Assembly: GCA_951406725.2 (NCBI GenBank)
Contig: OX597831.1
Span: 17,422,001-17,486,000, forward strand
Direction of reading: 5' to 3'
Source: Octopus vulgaris
Lineage: Eukaryota
Length of the DNA stretch: 64,000 nucleotides
Made by a program: the position numbers and the translations under genes. The notes beneath the pieces were generated by a model, which ran no database searches, was not told the origin of the DNA, and saw only the letters and a program-made list of their open reading frames with translations. Each line of letters begins with the position of its first letter. Position 1 is the stretch's first letter. Shown piece by piece: positions 43,050 through 56,109 of the stretch.

Positions 43050-44010
43050 TTCAGTAGTTTTATTTTTATAGCGTGCTTTCACTTCACTACCGAGCGCAGC
43101 TCTGTGTGCCCTGGGTATGTGCTGTGATTTGTTGTGATGCTCTGATGGTTATTGTATGGAAAGTGTTTTGCGTAGGATGTGTGTAGTGCCTAGTAGTGCA
43201 ATTTTGTGTATCATTTATGTGTTAGTAATTCCTGGTGTTTTTGTTATGTATTTGTCTGAATATTTTTTATCATGCCTAATGCACCTACTATGATAGGAAT
43301 TGTCTCTGTTTTCAGATTCCACATACTAGTTACCTCTATTTCCAGGTCTTTGTATTTTGAGTGTTTCTCCATTTCTTTTAGAGACACGTTGTCATCTGCC
43401 GGTTTTGATACATCAATTAGAAAGCATTTTTTTTCTTCGTGATCTCTGACAACTATATCTGGTCGGTTGGCTTTAATTTCTCTATCTGTGTGTATCGGCA
43501 TATCCCAAAGTATGGTTGCTTTCTCGTTTTCTGTGACCTTTTCTGGTGTGTGCCTATACCATCTTGTATCTGTTGTTATTCCATAATGTTGGCATAGCTT
43601 CCAGTGTATGTAGGTTCCAACTCTGTCATGCCTGTGAATATATTCCTTCTTAGCCAGGATTGGGCATCCAGAGATAATATGATTTATTGTTTCCTGTCCA
43701 TCTCCACATATCCTGCAGTTACTTGTGATATTTCTTTTCATTACATGTTTTTGGTAATTTCTGGTGGGGAGGCTTTGGTCTTGTGCTGCAATTAAAATTC
43801 CCTCTGTTTCTGCTTTGAGTCCTGAGCTTCTCAACCATTGCTGGGATTTTTCTTTGTCTATTTCTTTTGCGTTTAGTTTAGTCCAGTATTTACCATGAAG
43901 GGGCTTTTCTTGCCATCGTTTTATCATGGTTCGTTGCTGTTCTATTTTTAGTTTGGATTTCATTTGATTTATAGCTTTTGTTGTTTCTTCATCTTCTTCT
44001 TCTTCATGTT
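43050..44010 (-). mobile_element. R4/Dong-type RLE retrotransposon 3' fragment
   Basis: AAQDQ, CRICG...HIISGC and RPDIV motifs; lies within (TAA)n. Confidence 0.85.
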
Positions 44011-44035
44011 TATTATTATTATTATTATTATTATA

Positions 44036-44108
<73 letters not shown>

Positions 44109-44128
44109 TATTATTATTATTATTATTA

Positions 44129-44170
<42 letters not shown>

Positions 44171-44314
44171 ATTATTATTATTATTATAATTATTTTTTAA
44201 TATTACTATTATTATTTTTATTATTAATTTTTTATTACTATTATTATTATTATATCCACTAAGTTCACTGTTTGATTCGAGGCAGTGACCCTAATAATAA
44301 TAATAATGATGAGG

Positions 44315-44369
<55 letters not shown>

Positions 44370-44902
44370 TAATAATAATAATAATAACAATAATAATATT
44401 TAATAATAAAAATAATAATTACAACAACAACAACAACAACAATATATATATATATACATAGGTTGTACTAATTTAGATAATGCGAACTTTATCTTGCACG
44501 TAGGACTTTTTTGCGGTACCACTTACACTTTGTAAGCCCCTTTGTACAAGCATTCAGTTGTAATAATTAACAACCTGAACTACAAAAATATGTCGAAGAA
44601 CAACGAAAGATGAAGCTACCGCAATACTTCGCCAAACATAATTTCAAACTGCAAGCATGCTGGAGATTCAATGACAGGTGAGACGTCATCAAAGCAGGAG
44701 AAGGGAACATTCAGGTGCCGAATTTCCTCTCTCCAAATTGATATATTATCGCAATTATTGTAGGGGATGTGATGCTAAAGCAAGTGTAGTAATGAATCTT
44801 TCCCCGTGACATATTAGCAAGATGATAAAAATTAAAAACAAGAAGAATGATTATGCATTGTTTCCGTCAGATATTTGTTACGAAGAAGCAGGTAAAAATA
44901 TA

Positions 44903-44945
<43 letters not shown>

Positions 44946-45324
44946 CTATTTAAATTCTATGAAAGTTTGGATGGATACAACTTCTAAGATTCAACAAAAC
45001 ATTCATAAGATATATATAATAGCATGAATTTTTTTTATTCATATAGATAAATACATTTAATTATAATATTAGTAATGTTACATGGAATAAAAATGACTTG
45101 CTTAAAAACAAATTGCTGGAGCAGTATCATAGCATACTCTTAAGTATTCAAACTGGATAAATACAGAATAGTACTTAATCCTGGAAAACAGCAAGATGAA
45201 ATATAGTTCTATATTTAAGTAATAGGGGATTATGTACAATACTTATATTTTGACGGATATTTGTCCTAATCTTCTTTGTTGTTAACACAAAGCTTCGGCT
45301 GGTATTCCCTCCAGCCTTCATCAG

Positions 45325-45503
<179 letters not shown>

Positions 45504-45504
45504 T

Positions 45505-45541
<37 letters not shown>

Positions 45542-46020
45542 CAGATAGATAGATGCAGGCATACGTATATTTATGTGTATGAGAATTTGTGTCTGTTCTC
45601 GAACCATCACTTGACAACCGCTGTTGCTTAGTTTATGCCGTCGTAACTTAATGGTCGGCAAAAGAAACGGGTATACAATGTACTATGCTTATAAAGAGTA
45701 TGTCCTATGATCGATTTTTAGACTAAATTTACGCTATGTGTGTGTTTATTTGTGAGTGTGTGTATGTGTGTGTGTGTACAAATTAGGAAAGAAATGCAGA
45801 TAGTGTTTGCCTTTTCTCGCAATTTTCATATTTACCTACTGACAGAAGGGCACCACACTTCTGGACCCATGGGATATTTTAACCCCGAAATCAAAGTTCA
45901 GCTGCAGTTCAAATCTGAACTTTAGTCGCATACGTCCCTGAGCACTCACAGCGAATACGTATCAGTCTGAGTCACCATAACGAAACATCCACATGTCTCT
46001 TACATACATATAACACATCT

Positions 46021-46111
<91 letters not shown>

Positions 46112-46445
46112 ACACACACAATCACATAGACGCTAACACACACACATATATTCATATATATATATAACGTGTCTTTGAGCTACGTTTCAAAATGTTTGTA
46201 TTTCAATTCTTTCAGTAAAACTCGGAATTTGCTTGATATATCGGTTAACAATATGTAGCGCTGAACAGCTTGCTAACTAGAGCTATAATTTAGATGATAT
46301 TAGCTGACACCATAAAAATTAGGCATCTTATTTGTACGAATGCAATTATTAAGTATTTTGAAGAGAGACATATGTTACATTGTATTAAAAATAAGCAATC
46401 TAGAATTGTTCTTTATGAAGAGACCACGGTTGTTAAGAGACAAAC

Positions 46446-46485
46446 ATGATGAAGATCTTTTTGTGCCTTTTAGTTCTTGTATCTG
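46446..46485 (+). CDS. Microgene copy 4, exon 1a (MMKIFLCLLVLVS), intact
   Basis: 40 nt with phase-1 donor GTAAGT, compatible with exon 2 at 55742. Confidence 0.75.
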
Positions 46486-46629
46486 GTAAGTATCTGAAAT
46501 TTTCCATTCTAATAAAATAGGCAATAATGTTTATATAGTACAACAATCAGTCTAAATGCTAGCGATGTGGTTTTAGTTACACTATTTTCATTGTATACCT
46601 AAATAATCGTCTAACTATAAAGAGACAAT

Positions 46630-46685
<56 letters not shown>

Positions 46686-46748
46686 TTTTCTATTTATGTA
46701 TCTATGTCAGTTTCACGTTTTTTTCCAATCACACACTTAAAAAATTTA

Positions 46749-46794
<46 letters not shown>

Positions 46795-46798
46795 ATAT

Positions 46799-46844
<46 letters not shown>

Positions 46845-46851
<7 letters not shown>

Positions 46852-49800
46852 TGAAATGCGTTTTTACCCCTTGGATCGCTTTCAATGCCACTACATCACG
46901 TCCGATTCGCTCCAAAATTTACAGGGACATGTAGAATGAGGTGACGATGCTCGTGGGCTACCTTAGAAATCCCTATCTGAAAAGGTGTGGTTGCTAGGGG
47001 CCATCTTCCTCACTCACCCTATTTCCCCCAGTACCCTCTCACTCCTCTTCATGTGACAATGCAACTACCGTTATTTAATGTAAAGTCTTTCTCAAATCAC
47101 TCTCTTGCTATTTACTCTCTTCCAAGAACATTTTCACTCACTCTATCACTTACCTTCCTATACATTTTACTCATGTATCTATCAGCGTTCATAGACAGTA
47201 AGAAATATTACATCGCCATCCCCATCGCCATCGCATTCTATTGTCTACCTGTCAACACCCACACACACACATATATACATATATCTAATATTATATTTTT
47301 ATGTTTTTGTTTTTTACTGTTTCATTTCCCTATTAGTGGTTTGATCTCTAATTTTATTTCTACAGCGTGCACACACACACACACACACCTATATGTGGCC
47401 CCAGTAGACCCGAATGAAATCGGGTTCTCTTCATCAAAATGTGAAAAGGGGTCTAGAATTATCATCGCCACAACTTATGATTTTCCTAATGATAATTATC
47501 ATCGCCACCACCAACACACAATCATGACAATCTTTCTCTTAAAACAAATCATGTTTACATTGCAAAATATTTCATTTTCCCGTCCTCTCTTTCATATATG
47601 TGACCCAGGTTTGGGTGGCCGCACAGCTACAATTAAACAACGGCTAAAAACATTCGATGTTGATAATGCCTGGATCGTTCCATTCAACCCTTTGCTTTCC
47701 AAAACATTTAATGCACACATTAATGTTGAGTACTGCAGTTCGGTGAGATGCATACTATACCTCTGCAAGTATATTAATAAGGGCGATGATATGGCCGTGT
47801 TTGTGTTCAGTGATGAAGACCTCAGATATGACGAAATGAAACAATTCGTTTTGGGTAGGTATGTATCCTCCAATTATGCAGCGTGGTGCATTTTTGGATA
47901 CGAGATTCATCTAAGCTCACCATCAGTTTTCCACCTGAATGTTCATTTACAGAAGAGACAGCTGGTTTACTTCACAGAGAAAAATGCACGTCAAGTCATT
48001 GAAAATCCAAAAGGGACTACGCTTACAGCGTTTTTTAAATTGCGTTCAGCTGATGAGTTTGCGGCTACTCTCATTTACCCTGAAGTACCGGAATATTACA
48101 CATACAACAATAATAATTGGAAGCGCAGGTCACGTGGGACAGAACTTGACAATTGGCCAGGTGTTTCTAGGAAGAACGTCATTGGGCGTGTGTATAATAT
48201 TCATCCTACCAAACAGGAAATCTTTTTGAGAATGCTACTTCATGTAGTTACTGGACCGAAGTCTTTTGCTGATCTTCGCACGGTTGATGGTATCATCTGC
48301 GCCACTTACAGGAAAGCATGTTTGAGGCGCGGACTTCTTCTCAATGACGACCACTTACACAGGACATTAGCAGAGGCCTCAAATTGTAAACTGCCATGGC
48401 AAATGCGTCGATTGTTTTGTAGCATATTAATCCACTGTAATCCCAGCAACCCTCTTAACCTTTGGGAATCGTTCAGACAGAGCCTATCAAAGGACATACA
48501 GGCTAATTTAGCGCCACGTGATGGCAACGACGAAGTTTATAATGAGGCATTAATCGACATGGACAGACACATCAGACGCTATGTTATACGCGGTTTAAGT
48601 GAATTCCATCTGCCAACACCTGTCCATCATGAAGCGCTTTTGGATGTTGAATACATGTCAGAAAAAAACTACAACATTGCCGAATTTACGGAAACAATTA
48701 CGCGAGATGAACCAAGACTTTTGCCTGAACAAAGATAGATTTATAATGAAATTATTGACAGCGTTAGATTGAACCAAGGAAAGCTTTTCTTTTTGAATGC
48801 TCCAGGTGGTACTGGTAAAACTTTCGTTATCAATTTGATTCTCGCAAAGCTGCGCGCTGAACGTCGAATTGCCATTGCATGTGCCTCAAGTGGTATTGCA
48901 GCGACACTGCTTCAGGGCGGCCGTACGGTACATAGTGCATTCAAATTGCCCATGGACATTGGAAAGAATGATAATCCTATGTGTAATATAGATCGTAGTT
49001 CCTCAAGAGCAAGACTTCTTCGTGAATGCAGTCTTTTTATTTGGGATGAGGCTACAATGAGTAATAAGGCCATGTTTGAGGCTCTTGACAGAACTCTCCA
49101 AGATTTGCGTCACAATACAAAAATAATGGGTGTAGCTACGTTTCTCATGGCAGGAGATTTTCGACAAACTCTTCCTGTTGTCCGAGCAGGCACTAGAGCC
49201 GATGAGGTTAATGCATGTATAAAGCCTTCTTATGTGTGGCACAGTGTTATCAGTCGCCATCTTCAAACAAACATGAGAGTCCACCTACATGTTGATGTGG
49301 AGTCTGAGGCTTTCGCAAAACACATATTAGATCTTGGTGATGGAGTTTTGCCTTTCGTTGATGATGAGCATATTCGGTTGCCTTTTGGGAATTTCGTTCC
49401 AAATGTAGAAGAACTTATAAGAGCCATTTTACCTGACGTCGAAACCAACTTCCAGGATCTCGATTGGCTAAGAGCAAGAGCTATTCTATCGCCTCATAAT
49501 ACAACAGCTCATGCTACAAATAAACAAGTACTTGATATGAATCCAGGTGAGATAGTTTCTTTCATGTCCATCGATACAAATAAAGATGAGAATGATGCAG
49601 TCAAATATCCACCCGAGCTAATCAACAAGCTAACACCTCCGGGACTTCCACCTCATCATTTGTGTTTGAAAGTTGATGCTCCAATCATGGTGCTCAGAAA
49701 TATGGAAACGCCAGAAATATGCAATGGAACCCGAATGGTTATTAGGAGGATTCAAAGCCATGTCATAACTGCTGGAATTTTGAGTTGACCATTTGTAGGA

Positions 49801-50973
49801 ACAATCAAAATGATACATAAAATGAGTATTGCACCCTATGATGTTCCCATTCAGTTTAAATGTTTTCAATTTCCGATAAAACTATGCTTCGCAATGACAA
49901 TCAACAGGTCACAGGGACAATCACTGGACATTGTAGGCATTAACCTGTCACAACCGGTTTTCAGTCATGGTCAATTGTACGTAGCCTGTTCTCGAGTTGG
50001 AAATCCACATAAACTCTTCATTCTTGGCAATCATGAGCGCACAAGGAACGTGGTTTATCAGGAGGCTCTGACAAAAGAAAACTGATTGTAAGTCATGAAA
50101 TTTTGCTTAATTTTTTATTTTGCACCTCTTCATTATCTCTTCATTCTTGAAAATAAAGACATTAAAAAGAACATGGTTCATAAAGAACATTGGGTTCAGA
50201 TGTTTGCAAACATTTGATCCAACTCATTCTCTTTATTCCTCATTTTCCGATTCCTTCTACGTCTCCATTAAACGGTTTTGTCAAGTTATTGTTTCTTCGC
50301 TAACATAAAACATTCATAAAGTGAATGAATTGTTAATTACATTTTATACACAATTCCATTGTTTAGGTGGTGTCGAAAGGAATGGCATGTGTCACCATAT
50401 AAACTCTCTCAGTCAAACTCCCAACACATGAGTTCACATCGTGATACTCTTTCTACAAAAGTGAGCTGGGTGTGAATTCTAATTTCATTCACTATTACAG
50501 ATTTTTTAATTTTTGAAACAAACACATTGCCTCTTTCGTTTTAAAACAATAAAACAATACTACCTTAATACTTTGGTCCAACAAACAAAACATCCAACAC
50601 TCTCATTCTTTTATGTATCTGTCTTCCTCCATCACTCACTCACTTTCCTCCCTTCCTTTCACATACTATATATAACGTCGTTTCACAGCGTCTACCTGCA
50701 TTACATTCACTTTCTCTTTATAACGTTGTTTCACACCGTCCGTTATCCCCACTCCCTGCTTTCCACAGCGCTTTCAAACACTCTCACTCTCTACGTCTGT
50801 CTGCATTCATAGAGAAAATTATCATCGCCACCACTACAACTCAATCATGACAACAAATATTATGAATCAGATATTTATTGGGTTAATTTATATATGTGTG
50901 TGTGTATCTATATAGAAAAATATGTATATATAATATTTTTATATATACAAAGTGCATATATCTGTATTTATAT

Positions 50974-51021
<48 letters not shown>

Positions 51022-51085
51022 GTATACATTTATATATATATACCACACTCTTACCCGCGCGTAGAGCGGGTCTCACCTTCAGCTA

Positions 51086-51086
<1 letters not shown>
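46845..51086 (+). mobile_element. Helitron, internally deleted, inserted in (TA)n
   Basis: 3' hairpin ACCCGC/GCGGGT (51053-51071) followed 11 nt later by CTAG|T (51083-51086), with RepHel coding remnants. The 5' end is approximate. Confidence 0.88.
47605..50085 (+). pseudogene. Helitron RepHel (partial Rep plus PIF1-like helicase) with in-frame stops
   Basis: NAHINVE and YLCKYINKG (Rep motif 3), Walker A APGGTGKT, WDEA, GDFRQ, AMTINRSQGQS, HGQLYVACSRV. The three listed ORFs are one frame broken by stops at 48736 and 49786; the HUH N-terminus is missing. Confidence 0.9.
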
Positions 51087-51138
<52 letters not shown>

Positions 51139-51139
51139 C

Positions 51140-51233
<94 letters not shown>

Positions 51234-51479
51234 GTATATGTATATCAACAATGATATGCAGCATAGACTTCGGTTAACAATATGTAGCGCTGAACAGCTT
51301 GCTAATTAGAGCTATAATTTAGATGATGTTAGCTGACACCATAAAAATTAGGCATCTTATTTTTAAGAATGCACTTATTAAGAATTTGTTACATATGAGA
51401 GACATATGTTACATTGTATTAAAAATAAGCCATCTAGAAGTGTTCTTTATGAAGAGACCACTGTTGTTAAGAGACAAAC

Positions 51480-51518
51480 ATGATGAAGATCTTTTGGTAC
51501 CTTTTAGTTTTGTATCTG
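51480..51518 (+). pseudogene. Duplicated exon 1b of copy 4 with 1-nt deletion
   Basis: 39 nt instead of 40 (a T5 run reduced to T4 relative to copy 3), so the donor falls in phase 0 and is out of frame with exon 2. It could be a homopolymer sequencing error. Confidence 0.65.
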
Positions 51519-51660
51519 GTAAGTATCTGAAATTTTCCTTTCTAATAAAATAGGCAATGATGTTTAAATAGTACAACAATCAGTCTAAATGCTAGCGATG
51601 TGGTTTTAGTTACAATCTTTTCATTGTATAACTAATTAATTGTGTAACAATAAAGAGATA

Positions 51661-51730
<70 letters not shown>

Positions 51731-51801
51731 TATATAAGTTTTCTATTTATGAATCTATGTCTGTTTCACTTTCTTTTCCAATCACACACGTAAAAAATTT
51801 A

Positions 51802-51864
<63 letters not shown>

Positions 51865-52460
51865 AATATTAGGGAATGAATCCAAAATTACAGGGAAAAA
51901 TCTGATTTAGGGTTAAATCCAATTTTATAGTAAAATATTATATAATATAATTCGAGACAAAACCACTATTTTAAAACCAAACAAATTTGATACTGATTAG
52001 AAGATCGAAAATCCACCTGAAGGTTGTCGGAGCAGACATGAATCATTTGTAGTGGCGGTTTATTTAATTTATATAAAAATTTTATGTATTGATTAAGTCT
52101 TTCCTTGTTTGGTTTTAAAATAGTGGTTTTGTCTCGAATTATATTATATATATATATATATGTATATGTATGTCAACAATGATATGCAGCATAGACTTTT
52201 GTCAGTGAACACGTCACCGTCTCAAAGCATCGAAAATGATATTTAAATGTTGAAATGAATCTAATTAAGCTTTAGTAGATTAAAGCGGGGGAAAAACAAT
52301 AAAAACAAGGACTATAAGGATTGAAATGGAGAGAAATTACCAGTGCAAAATATTGGAGAGTTTTTCGTCTAAGAGAAAATTAAGAAAAATCGATGAAATT
52401 GGAGACAAAACATCGAGTGAAATGCTTTGAAGTTATTTTCATAATCTTTGAATGGATAAA

Positions 52461-53196
52461 TCTTGGGGTGTCCAGAAAGTTCGTGCTGATTTGTAGTAGC
52501 TTACATTTCGACTTAATTTAGAACAAAACTGGGTCCATAAAATATGAACTCAGCTTTGTCAGGCGATGAGAAATGGATTATCTACCGAAATGTTTAGAGA
52601 AAGCGATCCTGGATTAAGCGACATAAGCCACCCTCAGCAACCCCAAAAGCGGATCTTTACCCTAAAAAGTTTTGCTTTGTGTCTGGTGGGATTCGGAAGG
52701 AATTCTGTAGTATGAGATTCTCCCAAATAACCAGACAATTCTGAGAAAGTCTGCACACCACTTGATGAGTAAAAAGAATCAATTGAAGAGAAACATCCAG
52801 AATTGTCAACAGGAAGGGTGTTGTTTTTCAACATGATAATGCAAGTCCGCGCGTTTGTTTGGGAACCACACACTCGGCTGTGATGCATTACCCCACCCTC
52901 CATATTCACCAGATATTGCTCCTTCGGATTTCCACTTATTCAGGACTCTACATAATACTCTTAATGGTAAAAAGTCCAATTTCTGGTATGACGTAAAAAG
53001 ATACCTTGATGAATTCTTTACCATGAAACCATCTCAATTCTGGGAAGAAGGTATTTGCAAGTTAAAGTAAAGATGGAGACACATTGGCCAACAAAATTTG
53101 GTTCATATTTTGTTGATTAAAAATTTAATGCCATGTATTTATTGATCTTTTTCTTTCCTTTGAAAATTTGCACGAACTTTCCGGTCAATCTAATAT
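52461..53196 (+). mobile_element. Internally deleted mariner (duplicate of 33540-34275)
   Basis: Near-identical sequence with the same TIRs and YSPDIAPSD motif. Confidence 0.82.
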
Positions 53197-54637
53197 TTCA
53201 ATAGATTTCAGGCAGTCTCTCTCTCTCTCTCTCTGTCTTTCTCTCCGATCCTTTGTGAATGTCTGGTAGATAGGTGGGTAGGTAGGTAGGTAGGTAGGTA
53301 GGTAGGTAGGTTGGTAGGTAGGTAGGTAGGTAGGTAGGTAAGTAGGTAGGTAGGTAGATATGTAGGTAGGTAGGTAGGTTTATTGGCAGTAAATTTGAAA
53401 AAAAGATATTTGATCGTTTAAGATATTTGATCGTTTAAGCATGAACAGCCTCCTTTAAAGGGATTGGAACGTTGCTCCAAATAATCTGGGATGACAACTA
53501 GCCACTGTACAATTGCGCTCAAACTTTAAGTGTCGGCTGTTTTTAGAACTGAATTCCAAAAATAAATATACTAACATAAATATAAAAGAGACACGTTGGG
53601 CTATTCCGCTTCACTACTTACACAGCCTCACCACACATATTAAGGTATTCTGTTATGGTAATCAATAATGTACATTCATTCTATTAGTTTATAAAGAAAT
53701 ATGTCGATTTTTGCCCGGAGGAGAATTTTTTAAATTCATAATATAATTATAAATTGTTAAATGATTGATAGAAGCTATTGAATGGATCGTAGCCCATAAC
53801 TAATCGGCAATTGTGTTTTTGCAGTATTTAAATTTTCCTTTTTCGTTATATACAACGTAACAGTAGATAAATAGTTATTGTTTGAACAACATGTATATAG
53901 GTGTACAGGTGTGTGTTCATACTTAAGAATTTCAACTAATAAGAAAGGCAAAAATTAAGACTTCCCAACCCAGATATCAATATGTAATTGTTTATTTCTA
54001 AATACGGCAGGATCCTGTGTAGCTTCTTTTTACTGACATCGAAGATGTGCCCGGGGAACCAAGTCTTATGCGTCCGGCTTGATGATTCGCGCGAATCCTT
54101 AGCTTCAAAAAGCAACACACAGATATTTATAGCATAGTGTGTGTATTTATGTATTTGATCAGTAAGATCCTGTATTGTGGCTCAGTGAGAAAATATAGAA
54201 GAATGCCAGGAAGATGGGGATTGTCTCTATAATTAGTTATTAGGTGAAATTGTTTGACATTATCGGTGAGTTCATAATCTCAGAGAAATAGCATGTGCAA
54301 ACATTTATATGCGTAAAGAGTCATGTGTATGTATGTATGTATGTATGTATGTATGTATGCTTGTATGTATATGTGTATGTATATACAGACATGCAGGAAG
54401 TAAATAGACAACATTATCTTTTTTCCCTTCCCTGAGCCTCTGCTAATGCGTTGCGTGTAACACGTACTTGCGTTGTTGTCTGGTGTCTTCTTGTTTTGGG
54501 GTGGAATTGATTATGTCTGTTTACATACACATATTTATATATATATGTGTGTCCCTTTTTGTGACTCTAGCTCTACGCTTCCTTACTTGGAAGCCTTTTA
54601 TTATATTTCTCTTTCTCTCTCTATATATATATATATT

Positions 54638-54746
<109 letters not shown>

Positions 54747-55591
54747 TTCTCTCTCTCTCTCTCTGTATGTATATATATATATATATATATAACAGTTAAA
54801 ATAAAAACGAAAATAAATAAATAGCCTTTTATTCTAGTGTTAACCTTGATTCTCTTACCGTATCTTTTTCTACCGATAACTTAAGACCCTCTTATATTTT
54901 TCCTTAGATCTTCCTTTTCTCCTAACACCCATTATAAATTCTGGTGGCTTTCATTTGAAAGCAAGGTGTTGTCAACCTTACAGTCTCTTAAGAATTTAAC
55001 GTTTCTTCCACACTGATCTAGATTTTTGTCACCATAGAAATTGACTGACCTTTCTTTTTAGTGTCAATCTGTCTTTGATCCTTTTACACCCCCAAAATCT
55101 TTTTCTCCTTCCGTTCTTTTCTCCAGCTAATCAGCTTCCTTGACCTACCCTAATACCATTCCTATCACTAAAGAAATTTGTTCTTGCAACAGTTACATGC
55201 GAACTTAATCGTGGTCTGACTGGCATCTTTCTTCATATTTCCTGAAATTCATATCCACTACTTTATCGGTATATTTACCTTCTCTGGGAGGTCACTAATT
55301 AATTTGAGAACTTTACATTGTTGGAAAGCATATATGAATTCAATCTTGATTTGCTTGGCATTTTGCTTCAAGTTCCTGAAACTCACATTTACAACTTTAT
55401 CGGTATATTTACACTCTCTAAGATGTTACTAATTGATTTGAGAACTCTACATTATTGGAAAACCTATTTGAAATTAGCTGAAGATTACTTGACGTATTAT
55501 ATTTCCTGTAATATTTGCAGCTTTAATAAATTGTTATAGTATGAAACAATTGTACTAAATTGCCAGATCTATTCTTGTTGCTAATTCTTTG

Positions 55592-55624
<33 letters not shown>

Positions 55625-55741
55625 TAATGTAAAATATGAGGGCTTCTGCAATTCTTTCTGCTACCGATTTAAGTTAGACAGACAGTTTAAATTAAAGATC
55701 AAAATAGAGTCATGATTTAAAAATCTTCTTTCTTATCCAAG

Positions 55742-55841
55742 GTGTATCAAGTATATGCACGCTGGACTTGTGTAAAAATGCCGCCGGCTATTATTGGTGC
55801 AACACTTATACCGACAATGCAGCCGTGCGCCCTGTCCACGG
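55742..55841 (+). CDS. Microgene copy 4, exon 2 ((G)VSSICTLDLCKNAAGYYWCNTYTDNAAVRPVH)
   Basis: Same splice sites as copy 3, with 5 nt differences that are all nonsynonymous. Confidence 0.8.
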
Positions 55842-56109
55842 GTAGGTATGAAAAAATTAACTACTTCACACGTTTAATATTCTGAATAACAATCCATACA
55901 CAATTACAGACCGTTTGCAGTAAAATTTTTAACGTAATATCTGACAACACTCCGACCTTGGTATATTGATTTTACCTAACGTTACAAAGATTAATATGGT
56001 TTAGAAGTGAATATGTAATCATAAAAATACAACGTAATTTTGAAAGACTGAGGATGCGATTGGTTACATAGGAAAAAAAAGAAGGATTGGAATTGTCTGC
56101 TATTATTAG

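Noticed and set aside
46987-47604. N-terminal part of the 583-aa ORF as captured host gene or membrane domain
   Set aside because: Low-complexity translation containing (CA)n repeats; a chance open frame in Helitron non-coding DNA.
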